Positions 54,424 through 64,000 of a stretch of 64,000 nt of DNA are shown here, piece by piece (position 1 is the stretch's first letter; every line of letters starts with the position of its first letter). The notes below the pieces were generated by a model that was given only the letters and a program-made list of their open reading frames with translations, had not been told where the DNA came from and ran no database searches. The DNA is from a bacterium. GTDB taxonomy: Bacteria; SAR324; NAC60-12. The translations under genes were made by a program, and so were the position numbers. The DNA is taken from positions 305,465-369,464 of the forward strand of contig CBDBHR010000030.1 of assembly GCA_965205865.1 (NCBI GenBank), in the 5' to 3' direction.

Positions 54424-56722
54424 ATTTTTTTCTCAAACGTTGACGAATGATTTCCGCAATCGTGTTCAAAATGGAGGTCAATAAAAACAAAACCACTGCG
54501 GACAAAAAGAGAATTCGATACAAGGTGCCATCCACCGGCGCCTCGGGTAGTTCCACGGCAATGTTTGCGGCAAGCGTGCGCATTCCATTCAAGATGCTCC
54601 AGTCGAGAATAGGCGTATTACCTGTTGCCATCAAAACTACCATCGTTTCACCAGCAGCACGCCCGAATCCGATAATGCAAGCGGCGAAGATGCCGGGACT
54701 GGCAGAAGGAATGACGATTCGCCAAACAGTTTGCCATCGACTGGCACCGAGAGCCAGGGAGGCATATTTCAAACTGGCGGGGACATTGGTCAAGGCGTCT
54801 TCCGATATGGTGAAAATTATGGGAATGACCATGAATCCCAATCCAAAGGCGATGATCACGCTATTTCGCTGCTCATAACGAACTCCCAGTTCGTTGAAAA
54901 GCCACTGGTTGAAATCTCCTGCAAAAAAGATCTGCTGGGCTAATTCCTGAAAAGGAAGAGTTGCTAAGCAGGCCACGATTATAACAGGTATCAGTAATAA
55001 AAATTCATATCCTTTTGCCTCGATCCACTTAGCCCAGTTCTGATGGCGTACCAGAAACCACGCAGCCACAAACAATAGCGTGGCCAGGGGAATGAAAAAC
55101 AAAGAGAGAAAAAATGCCAACACGTAATCTTCCACAATTGGCGCTAACCACAATGCGATCATGAATCCAATGATTACGGAAGGCATTGCTGCCATCACTT
55201 CTACACCGGGTTTGATAAAACGGCGAAAGGATTCGTTGGCAAACTGGCTGGTATAAATGGCGCCGAACAGGGCGAGAGGGATGGCCAGAAACATTGCGTA
55301 AAACGTACCTTTGAAGCTTCCGAATATCAGAGGTACCAAACTGAATTTCGGTTCAAAATCATCACTTGCCGAAGACGATTGCCATACATAATCGGGTGCC
55401 GGGTAATCTTCATACAACACTTTACCAAAGAGGGTTTTCCAACTGATTTCCGGATGGGGATTTTCCACTTTCCAAAGAGTAACCAGGTTTCGGGCATCCA
55501 TGGCAAGCAATCCGTTACCGCGGGGGGCGGTGTTAAAAATTTTGATCCTTTGTTCTGTCACGGAATCTTTAGAACGATTGGGTAGGACTTCCGCTTCAAA
55601 TCGTAACAATTGTCGTTCCGTTGTCGTGTGGTCCCAATGAATGATTCCCTCTTCATCGAGACTCAACAATGATTTGTCCACTCGAGATGGGATCAGCTGT
55701 ATCACAGGACTGCTATGGGAAGGCAACGTATGCGCACGTTGGAGAATCTTGCGAGTTTCATTTTGGGGATCGGGCACCAAAAACCAGGTGGTCACCTGAC
55801 CTTTCTTGTCCCCAACTGCCAGGGATATGTCTCCAAAAACCAAATTGAGGGCTGTGATGTTTCGCTTATTGCGGAAGGCAGTAAAATTTTGCAAAAGCAC
55901 CGGTTCTCCTGGTTCCTCCAAAGACCAGTGCCACAATTCTCCCTGATCGGTGGCGGCATAGAGATTCCGGCTCGCGCCATCCATGGTAAAAAAAGTAAAG
56001 TTGCCGGAAGGCGTTTCTTGCAAAGAGGCTGTATAGGATTCTGTTTGCTGATTCCCTAAAAAATCTTCTTCGACGATTCTCTGCGTGATTTCAATACGAT
56101 TTCGAGGAAAGAGCTGGACGAGGGTGTGCCGCGGTTCATCATCTTCGGGAAGCGAGGCGCGCGCGAGTGTTTTTAAGGGGATACCTTTGCCATTTGCCGG
56201 AAACGAGGCGACTTCCAGCAAATCATGAATGGTGTGTCTGCCCTTTTCCGTAAATTGCGGTATGAATTGAACCTGAAGAACGCTGGCGGAATGATCTTGC
56301 CAGACAAGGCTGAAGAGGTTCTGTCCATAAAACTCGACGTTTTGGATTCTGAGTGCCGTATCGGTAGGGGGTTGACTTTGTTTTTGAAGCAGGATGGTTC
56401 CTTCCTTCAAATCATAAAAATGCCAGAGCCCCCTTTTATCCAGGAAAGAACCTGTTTCCAGATACTCGTCCATCGCGGCACTGAGAAATCCATCGGACCC
56501 GTGCTGCTTCACCTGAAACCGGGCCAGGATTTCCTGACCCGGAGGTAGAAAAAGAGGAAGGGATACGGATGCAATCAGAAAAAGAATCCCAATCACGCAG
56601 ATGATGACCAGGATACCTCCTGTTACGATCAAATAGCGGGCTGCGGTGTCCCACGCTTTTGCCCGCTTGAATACGCGTTCATTGATTGAAGTCGAAGGAC
56701 GCCGATACGGGAAGGTGAACAT
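54407..56722 (-). CDS. pstC: phosphate ABC permease with large soluble domain
   Basis: WQSSS..EPKFSLVPL, GRAAGETM, RTLAANIAVE. Confidence 0.92.
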   Translation of the reverse strand: MFTFPYRRPSTSINERVFKRAKAWDTAARYLIVTGGILVIICVIGILFLIASVSLPLFLPPGQEILARFQVKQHGSDGFLSAAMDEYLETGSFLDKRGLWHFYDLKEGTILLQKQSQPPTDTALRIQNVEFYGQNLFSLVWQDHSASVLQVQFIPQFTEKGRHTIHDLLEVASFPANGKGIPLKTLARASLPEDDEPRHTLVQLFPRNRIEITQRIVEEDFLGNQQTESYTASLQETPSGNFTFFTMDGASRNLYAATDQGELWHWSLEEPGEPVLLQNFTAFRNKRNITALNLVFGDISLAVGDKKGQVTTWFLVPDPQNETRKILQRAHTLPSHSSPVIQLIPSRVDKSLLSLDEEGIIHWDHTTTERQLLRFEAEVLPNRSKDSVTEQRIKIFNTAPRGNGLLAMDARNLVTLWKVENPHPEISWKTLFGKVLYEDYPAPDYVWQSSSASDDFEPKFSLVPLIFGSFKGTFYAMFLAIPLALFGAIYTSQFANESFRRFIKPGVEVMAAMPSVIIGFMIALWLAPIVEDYVLAFFLSLFFIPLATLLFVAAWFLVRHQNWAKWIEAKGYEFLLLIPVIIVACLATLPFQELAQQIFFAGDFNQWLFNELGVRYEQRNSVIIAFGLGFMVIPIIFTISEDALTNVPASLKYASLALGASRWQTVWRIVIPSASPGIFAACIIGFGRAAGETMVVLMATGNTPILDWSILNGMRTLAANIAVELPEAPVDGTLYRILFLSAVVLFLLTSILNTIAEIIRQRLRKKYGQFQ

Positions 56723-56741
56723 AAACGGCCTTTCAAACCAA

Positions 56742-57732
56742 TTACATCATTTTCTCTCCAAGGAGTTCCAACTGTTTTTTCACAACCTCTCCGGGAAGTG
56801 GCAGGTAGCCGTCTTTGACTACGATTTCTTGTCCTTGTTTTGACAAGACGAATTTCAGATACTCCAAGGTGCGCTTCGGTAGCGGTTTCCCCGGTTCTTT
56901 CGCCACATAGATATAAAGCATGCGGGCCAGTGGGTATTTACCGGAAAGCACATTGGCATAATTCGGCTCGTAAGCATCTTCGCCTTTTTTCTTGGATAAG
57001 GGCAGGGCGCGGACGCCGGAAGTTTGATAACCAATTCCGGAATATCCGATTCCTCCTAATTCTTCCGTCACGCCCAACACAACGGAGGCTGACCCGGGCT
57101 GTTCTTTCACTGTACTCTTGAAATCACCCTTGAACAACGCATTGGATTTGAAATATCCATAGGTTCCGGATGCGGAATTACGACCGTAGAGACTGATGGC
57201 GCGATTTGTCCAATACCCTGAAAGTCCTAATTGGTCCCAGGTCGTCACATCCAGGTGTCCCCCTTTGCGGGTACTGGAGAAAATAGCATCCACTTCTTCC
57301 AACGACAATGCTTCGATGGGATTGTCTTTGTTAACAAAAACAGCCAGAGAGTCCAGTGCCACTCCAATTGCTGTCGGCTTGAAACCATACTTATTCTCGA
57401 AGGAGTTGACTTCTTTTCTCTTCATTTTGCGTGACATCGGCCCTAATTGCGAAACACCTTCGATCAATGCAGGTGGCGCGGTACTGGAGCCTTTCCCTTC
57501 TATTTGCGCATTCACGCCAGGATATTCTTTCCGAAATGATTCGGCCCATAGGGTCATCAGGTTGTTCAGACGTATCTGAACCAACGCTGCTCAAATTTCC
57601 GGCAACACCTGATGTTTTTGAATAATCCAACAATCTATCATCCACCTTTGCCTGTCCCCACACGACAGAGGCGCCAAACAAAATTCCTCCTGTCAACAAT
57701 ACGCTTGCTGAATTTCTCAGAAAATTCTTCAT
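56742..57732 (-). pseudogene. pstS: phosphate-binding protein, +1 frameshift at ~57570
   Basis: SVGSDT|LNNLM split by one extra base; GSSTAPPAL, SASGT, YPLAR. Confidence 0.85.
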
Positions 57733-57839
57733 CTAATACTCCTTTCGATTCAAATCGGATTCAATCATGATGGAACAACAAAATGATGCCCCACATTCCA
57801 AACTTCCTGGTTGGAACAAGCGTATTTTAGGAACTGATT

Positions 57840-57878
57840 GTTACTTGATTATTAGCAAATGATTAAATTCAAATTAAA
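57840..57878 (-). promoter_or_regulatory. Pho-box-like 11-bp periodic repeats
   Basis: TTTAAT/TTTAAT/GCTAAT/AGTAAC at exact 11-bp spacing upstream of pstS. Confidence 0.55.
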
Positions 57879-58071
57879 CATTAATTCGATGCTGTTTCAA
57901 ATGAGAGGTCGAAAAAGTTGTGTTTTTGATTATTTTATAACCCTTGTGCTTTTTATTTAATCATTCCTACGCCCCACCAACATCGCCTTTTTTACTCAAT
58001 GAAAAATTATTTTTATGAAATGATAAATAATATCAGTTTGTTGAAATTTAATTATTTGAAGGGCGGTATCT

Positions 58072-58087
58072 TGGCCGACTTTTTGTA
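58072..58087 (+). promoter_or_regulatory. possible sigma54 promoter of the urt operon
   Basis: TGGC-N7-TTGTA, correct -24/-12 spacing but GT instead of GC. Confidence 0.35.
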
Positions 58088-58143
58088 ACAGACCCTACTA
58101 TGCCAAGCCTGAGAAATACAAAATTGTATGCAAGGAGTAATTT

Positions 58144-59439
58144 ATGTTAGCAAAACTGTTAAAGAGAATCTGTCTTTATTTATCGGTTTCATGGTTCCTG
58201 TTTTTTGCTTTCAGCGCGCAGGCGGCTGAGACTATCAAAGTGGGAATTTTGCATTCGCTGAGTGGGACAATGGCCATCAGCGAAACCTCCCTCAAAGACG
58301 TGGCCCTCATGGCAATTGAGGAGATCAATGCCAGTGGGGGATTGTTAGGAAAGCAAATAGAACCCATTGTTGTAGATCCGGCTTCCAACTGGCCCTTGTT
58401 TGCCGAAAAAGCGCGAGAATTGATTCAAAAACATGAAGTTGCCGTGACTTTTGGTTGTTGGACTTCTGTCTCCAGAAAATCCGTATTGCCAGTTTTTGAA
58501 GAATTAAACGGTCTGCTTTTTTATCCCGTGCAATATGAAGGTGAAGAATCTTCATACAATGTTTTTTATACGGGAGCCGCGCCAAACCAACAAGCGATTC
58601 CTGCCGTTGAATACCTCATGAGTGAAGATGGTGGAGAGGCAAAACGTTGGATGCTCATAGGGACTGATTATGTCTATCCTCGCACCACGAACAAAATCCT
58701 TCGCGCTTTCTTGAATTCAAAGGGGGTGGCCGAGGAAGATATTTATGAAACCTACACGCCCTTCGGTCATAGTGACTGGCAAACCATTGTATCGGATATC
58801 AGAACCTGGTCTGCTGAAGGTCCCACGGCTGTCGTTTCTACGATCAATGGGGACGCCAATGTTCCTTTCTACAAAGAGTTGGCAAATCAAGGTGTAATGG
58901 CGGAAGATGTGCCTGTGGTCGCGTTTTCGGTAGGAGAGGAAGAATTACGTGGGATCGATACCTCCGCACTGGTCGGACACTTGGCTGCCTGGAATTATTT
59001 CATGTCGATTGAGAATCCTGTCAATGAAGAATTCATTGCCAAATGGAGAGCTTATGTGGAAGAAAACAATCTTCCCGGAGGCGACAAACGGGTGACCAAT
59101 GATCCCATGGAAGCGACCTACATCGGGATTCGTATGTGGGCGCAAGCGGTGATTCAGGCGGGAACGACTAATGTGGACGCGGTTCGGCAGGCAGTCGGTT
59201 TCCAAAGCGTCATGGCTCCTTCCGGATATGAAATCACTATGGATGCCAAAAACCACCACCTGCGCAAGCCTGTGTTGATTGGAGAAATCCAGGAAGATGG
59301 ACAATTCGAGGTTGTCTGGCAAACAAACGGTCCCATTCGTGCGCAAGCCTGGAGTCCTCATATTCCGGAAAGCGCCATTAAAATTGCTGATTGGACCTAT
59401 CCCTGGGTTTGTGGCAACTGTACCGAGTCCCGATTCTGA
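58144..59439 (+). CDS. urtA: urea ABC substrate-binding protein
   Basis: HSLSGTMAISE, FGCWTSVSRK, YPVQYEG, DYVYPR. Confidence 0.95.
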   Translation: MLAKLLKRICLYLSVSWFLFFAFSAQAAETIKVGILHSLSGTMAISETSLKDVALMAIEEINASGGLLGKQIEPIVVDPASNWPLFAEKARELIQKHEVAVTFGCWTSVSRKSVLPVFEELNGLLFYPVQYEGEESSYNVFYTGAAPNQQAIPAVEYLMSEDGGEAKRWMLIGTDYVYPRTTNKILRAFLNSKGVAEEDIYETYTPFGHSDWQTIVSDIRTWSAEGPTAVVSTINGDANVPFYKELANQGVMAEDVPVVAFSVGEEELRGIDTSALVGHLAAWNYFMSIENPVNEEFIAKWRAYVEENNLPGGDKRVTNDPMEATYIGIRMWAQAVIQAGTTNVDAVRQAVGFQSVMAPSGYEITMDAKNHHLRKPVLIGEIQEDGQFEVVWQTNGPIRAQAWSPHIPESAIKIADWTYPWVCGNCTESRF

Positions 59440-59809
59440 AGAATTTTACGCCAACTGATTTTAGTGGAGGGCACCGTCCAGCCCCCGTTTTTAAGGAAGA
59501 AACCCACTAACACAAAATGAATTTTATTCAGAAGTCCGAAGAAACTCGAGAGTATGGGAATTTGTTCTCATTCAGGCATCCCAGGGGACCCTACATTTCT
59601 CGTGGCTTGGCAGTTACTTGAATTGTGTCCCTTGGGGCTTGAACACATTTATCCGGACACGAATGCTCAATAATATAAAGTCGTTCACTCGACGGTTCCT
59701 CACCCCAAATCACATCTCAGGTGACTTCGACTTCAAAAAAGAGCAAAATCGAAGGTATTTCTCCATTGAGTTCATTGACATTGAAGTTCTCATCTCCACT
59801 TTCTTCCGT

Positions 59810-61463
59810 CATGCTTATCATAGCATTCTTGTTTTCTCGTAGCGTAAAAAAGTCAATCCTGGGACTGATGCCGCTGTTCTTGGTTTTGTTTCTACTCCCA
59901 GTCACCGGATTTGCTGACGAACGAGAAGAGGCGCTACGGGGTTTGGGATCTGAAAATCGTAAGGTTCTGATTGCATCGATCAAGGTTTTTGGGAAATTGA
60001 ATGACCCTTCTCTTTTGCCGATTTTAAAGGCATTGAAGGAAAAGAAGATCCGCATCACTCCTGGTGGAAATGTCGTTATTTTAGAGAATATAACTAGTGG
60101 TATGGATGTCATCACCGGGGAAACGATCTCATTAGAAGGTCTCAAACTCAATACCCCAAAAGTCAATAATGCCGTTCGTCGCGTGCTCAATCCGGTGATT
60201 GGGCAATTACAACTGGCCTCACCGAATCCCAAAGATCGCCTGAAAGCAGCCCAAGAGTTGACCAAAAGGTCCACTGACGAAGCCATTGAACCCATCCGAC
60301 ATGCGTTGAGCAAAGAAACTGAAGACGTTGTGCGTGAAGCCTTGACGGTAGCATTGGCAGTTATTGGAATTCAAAGTGAAGAGAAAAAGCTGAGATTAGG
60401 CGCAATCCGCACTTTCGGTGATTCAGGAAATATTCGATTCAAAAGTATCCTTCAAAAATTACTGACCCGCAATGAAGATGGTTCTTTTCAAGAGCCGGAC
60501 CCGGAAATCAGAGAAGCCGCTTCTGGGGCGATAAAGGATATCGAAAGTGCGATTGCGGTGATTGAACTGGTGGGGGACGTGTTTCGTGGTATCAGTTTGG
60601 GCAGTGTTTTGTTGCTGGCCGCCTTGGGTTTAGCGATCACTTTTGGACTGATGAAGGTCATCAATATGGCTCATGGCGAAATGCTCATGCTGGGGGCTTA
60701 TTCCACCTATATTGTTCAGAATATCTTCCAAACTCATCTCAACCAATTCTTTTCTTTTTATCTGCTCCTCGCTCTACCCGTCGCTTTCTTGATTCCAGCG
60801 TTGGTCGGTATGGTAATAGAACGCAGCGTGATTCGTTTTTTATATGGACGCCCTTTGGAAACTTTACTGGCTACCTGGGGTATCAGTCTATTACTGATTC
60901 AAACCGTTCGCCTTATTTTTGGCGCACAGAATGTTGAAGTCGCCAATCCTAAATGGTTGGCGGGAGGGGTCCAAATTGCGCAAGGACTGGTATTCCCTTT
61001 CAGTCGAATAACCATAATCTTCTTCACCCTATTGGTCGTGATTTTTGTGGGACTCCTCTTACAAAAAACATCGCTCGGCTTACAAGTAAGAGCGGTTACC
61101 CAAAATCGGAAAATGGCCTCCTGTATGGGAATCTCTTCCTCACGTACAGACATGTGGACATTTGGTTTGGGATCGGGAATCGCCGGTTTGGGGGGGCTCG
61201 CATTGTCTCAATTGGGGAATGTCGGGCCTGAGTTGGGACAGCTTTATATCGTGGACTCTTTCATGGTGGTGGTTTTTGGAGGTGTTGGAAAAATATTGGG
61301 AACCGTGGCCAGCGCCATGGGACTGGGCGTTATTAATAAATTTCTGGAACCCTATGCAGGCGCCGTTTTTGGAAAGATCGTCATTTTGGTTTTTATAATC
61401 GTCGTTCTGCAAATGCGTCCTCGAGGATTGTTTGCTCCCAAAGGACGATTGCTCGAAAATTAA
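59810..61463 (+). CDS. urtB: urea ABC permease with HEAT-like N-terminus (start uncertain)
   Basis: FGLMKVINMAHGE, RPLETLLATWG. Confidence 0.9.
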
Positions 61464-61488
61464 ATGGAATGATAGACCAAGGCTCGAG

Positions 61489-62571
61489 ATGAGAGGGATG
61501 ATTTTACAGATACATTCGAAAAGAGGTTGGCTGGTGACATGTTTACTCGCCTCAATCATGATGATTGTGATTCCCCTCATGAATTTGTTTTTGGCAGTGG
61601 ATTCTTTTTTTCATATTCCGGATTATGTCATCAACATTATGGGGAAGTTCTTATGTTATGGTATGGTCGCCTTGGCAATGGATATGATCTGGGGGTATAC
61701 GGGGATCTTGAGTTTGGGACATGGAGTCTATTTTGCATTGGGAGGCTATGCCATGGGGATGCATTTGATGCGCGCCATGGAAGGCATGGGCGTGTACCGT
61801 AGCAAACTGCCGGATTTCATGGTGTTTCTGGATTGGAAAGAACTTCCCTGGTTTTGGTATGGCTTTGACATGTTCTGGTTTTCATTGGTAATTGTGGTGC
61901 TTGCCCCCGGATTACTGGCTTATATTTTCGGATACTTTGCATTTCGTTCCCGTGTGCGCGGAGTTTATTTTTCCATTATTACTCAAGCCATGACCTATGC
62001 CAGCATGTTGTTGTTTTTTCGAAATGATACGGGATTTGGAGGAAACAACGGTCTCACTGACTTTAAGCATATCCTGGGATTTTCTCTGCGTGAACCAAAT
62101 ACCAGATTAGGCCTTTATGTTTTGTCCGCCTTCTTTTTACTGACTGGATACCTGCTGTGTCGGTTCGTCGTGCAATCGAAATTGGGCCGGGTGCTCAGAG
62201 CCATCCGTGATGAAGAAGATCGCGTGCGATTCTCCGGATATGATCCCAAACAATACAAACTTTTTGTTTGGACTCTTTCCGCCGTCATGTGTGGTATCGC
62301 AGGGGCTTTGTACGTACCTCAAGTGGGAATCATCAATCCCAGCGAAATGCAACCATCGAACTCTATTGAAATGGCAATCTGGGTTGCTATTGGGGGGCGA
62401 GGGTCGTTGGTAGGGGCACTGCTGGGAGCGGGGTTGGTCAATAGCGCCAAAAGCATTTTCACTGTTGTTTTCCCCGAGTTGTGGCTGTATGTTTTAGGCA
62501 TCTTGTTCATCGTAGTGACCCTCTTCCTGCCACGGGGTATAATCGGACTGTTTCAAAAAACAAAGGATTGA
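61489..62571 (+). CDS. urtC: urea ABC permease (start uncertain)
   Basis: WGYTGILSLGHG, LPDFM, GGNNGLTDF. Confidence 0.92.
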   Translation: MRGMILQIHSKRGWLVTCLLASIMMIVIPLMNLFLAVDSFFHIPDYVINIMGKFLCYGMVALAMDMIWGYTGILSLGHGVYFALGGYAMGMHLMRAMEGMGVYRSKLPDFMVFLDWKELPWFWYGFDMFWFSLVIVVLAPGLLAYIFGYFAFRSRVRGVYFSIITQAMTYASMLLFFRNDTGFGGNNGLTDFKHILGFSLREPNTRLGLYVLSAFFLLTGYLLCRFVVQSKLGRVLRAIRDEEDRVRFSGYDPKQYKLFVWTLSAVMCGIAGALYVPQVGIINPSEMQPSNSIEMAIWVAIGGRGSLVGALLGAGLVNSAKSIFTVVFPELWLYVLGILFIVVTLFLPRGIIGLFQKTKD

Positions 62572-62577
62572 AAACAA

Positions 62578-63354
62578 ATGGACCGGCTCAAAGTCAGTAA
62601 TCAGGTCGACACCACCCATGGAGTGATTCTCTATATGGAAGATGTGTCGGTTAGTTTTGATGGTTTTAAAGCCTTGGATCGACTCGATTTGTATATCAAC
62701 GAAGGTGAACTGCGCAGTGTCATTGGACCCAATGGAGCAGGGAAAACAACCATGATGGATGTGATCACCGGAAAAACACGTCCCGAGCAAGGACGAGTTT
62801 ATTTTGGGCAACGAATTGAATTGACCCAACTCTCGGAAAACGAAATCGCGCATATCGGCATTGGACGAAAATTCCAGAAACCAACAGTCTTTTTGGAACA
62901 TACGGCGTTTGAGAATCTGGAGTTGGCAATGCATCATGATAAGGGAGTTTGGACCAGTCTGTACGCCAAATTGACCGCAGGGCAATGTGACCGGATCGAC
63001 AACGTTCTCGAAACGATCGGCTTGCAGGAACAAAAAACCGTCAAGGCGGGATTGCTTTCCCATGGTCAAAAACAGTGGCTGGAAATTGGCATGCTTCTGA
63101 TGCAGGACCCACTATTGTTGTTGGTGGATGAACCGGTGGCGGGAATGACTCCATCAGAAATGGACCGCACTGCCGAATTGTTGCAGTCGCTGGCAGGACA
63201 ACGTTCGGTGGTCGTGGTGGAACATGATATGGAGTTTATCCGTTCGATTGCCCAACAGGTGACCGTATTGCACGAGGGACGAGTACTGGCGGAAGGAACC
63301 ATGGAGCAGGTTCAAAACAATCAAAAAGTCATCGAAGTGTATCTGGGAGCCTAG
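62578..63354 (+). CDS. urtD: urea ABC ATPase
   Basis: GPNGAGKTT, GRKFQKP, LSHGQKQWLEIGM. Confidence 0.93.
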   Translation: MDRLKVSNQVDTTHGVILYMEDVSVSFDGFKALDRLDLYINEGELRSVIGPNGAGKTTMMDVITGKTRPEQGRVYFGQRIELTQLSENEIAHIGIGRKFQKPTVFLEHTAFENLELAMHHDKGVWTSLYAKLTAGQCDRIDNVLETIGLQEQKTVKAGLLSHGQKQWLEIGMLLMQDPLLLLVDEPVAGMTPSEMDRTAELLQSLAGQRSVVVVEHDMEFIRSIAQQVTVLHEGRVLAEGTMEQVQNNQKVIEVYLGA

Positions 63355-63355
63355 T

Positions 63356-64000
63356 GTGTTGGAAATCCACGATCTCAATCAGTTTTACCAGGAAAGTCAC
63401 ACTCTATGGGACGTGAATTTGTGCGTTCCTCAAGGAGCATGCCTTTGCCTGATGGGACGAAATGGGGTGGGCAAAACAACTCTGCTCAATGCCATCATGG
63501 GAATTTTACCGATTCAATCCGGTAGTATCCAAATGGAGGGACAGGATTTGACGGGGAAACCCATTGATTTGAGAGCGCGTGTCGGTATCGGATATATTCC
63601 CCAAGGGAGAGAGATTTTTTCTCAATTGACAGTTGAAGAAAATCTTAAAATAGGGTTGACGGCCCGCCGTGAAAAAATCAGAGAAATTCCAGAAAAAATA
63701 TTCTATTTGTTTCCTGTGTTGAAAGAAATGCTCAATCGTCGAGGTGGAGATTTATCCGGTGGCCAGCAGCAGCAACTCGCTATTGGCCGGGCCTTGGCGC
63801 TCAATCCAAAATTGTTGATCCTGGATGAGCCTACCGAGGGAATTCAACCCAATATCGTCCGTGAGATAGGTTCGATTCTGATGCGATTGAATCGCGAAGA
63901 AAACCTAACGGTCCTGCTCGTTGAGCAAAAGCTGCCCTTTGCCCGCAGAGTCTCTAGAGATTTCTGTATCATGGAAAAAGGTCGAATTGTTACCAAGGGG
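63356..64000 (+). CDS. urtE: urea ABC ATPase, runs off the window edge
   Basis: GRNGVGKTT, PQGREIF, LSGGQQQQLAI, LDEPTEGIQP. Confidence 0.92.
   Translation, partial: MLEIHDLNQFYQESHTLWDVNLCVPQGACLCLMGRNGVGKTTLLNAIMGILPIQSGSIQMEGQDLTGKPIDLRARVGIGYIPQGREIFSQLTVEENLKIGLTARREKIREIPEKIFYLFPVLKEMLNRRGGDLSGGQQQQLAIGRALALNPKLLILDEPTEGIQPNIVREIGSILMRLNREENLTVLLVEQKLPFARRVSRDFCIMEKGRIVTKG

Overview
Bacterial chromosomal window; the housekeeping genes look like those of a deltaproteobacteria-like host, possibly SAR324 (unverified inference). Intact core blocks are tRNA-Asn, mnmE, nrdJ, gatB-ccmCDE, pckA, the pstSCAB-phoU-phoB operon (pstS frameshifted) and urtABCDE. They alternate with two mosaic regions, 1-20.8 kb and 30.4-46.4 kb. 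Both mosaics are dominated by GC-richer, minus-strand Dpp/Opp-type (SBP family 5) ABC transporter genes and fragments, interleaved with toxin-antitoxin modules, IS elements, MITEs and pseudogenes. Three things stand out. (1) A blaI-like repressor with a triplicated operator array is followed by a BlaR1-type M56 peptidase whose sensor domain is an entire family-5 solute-binding protein (one +1 frameshift), and then dppB. (2) Downstream lies a ~12 kb array in which dppB/dppC fragments alternate with cargo genes and a recurrent ~200-bp promoter-bearing element. (3) Two other SBP genes have long, homologous, repeat-rich 5' leaders. All calls come from reading the sequence; no database searches were run.
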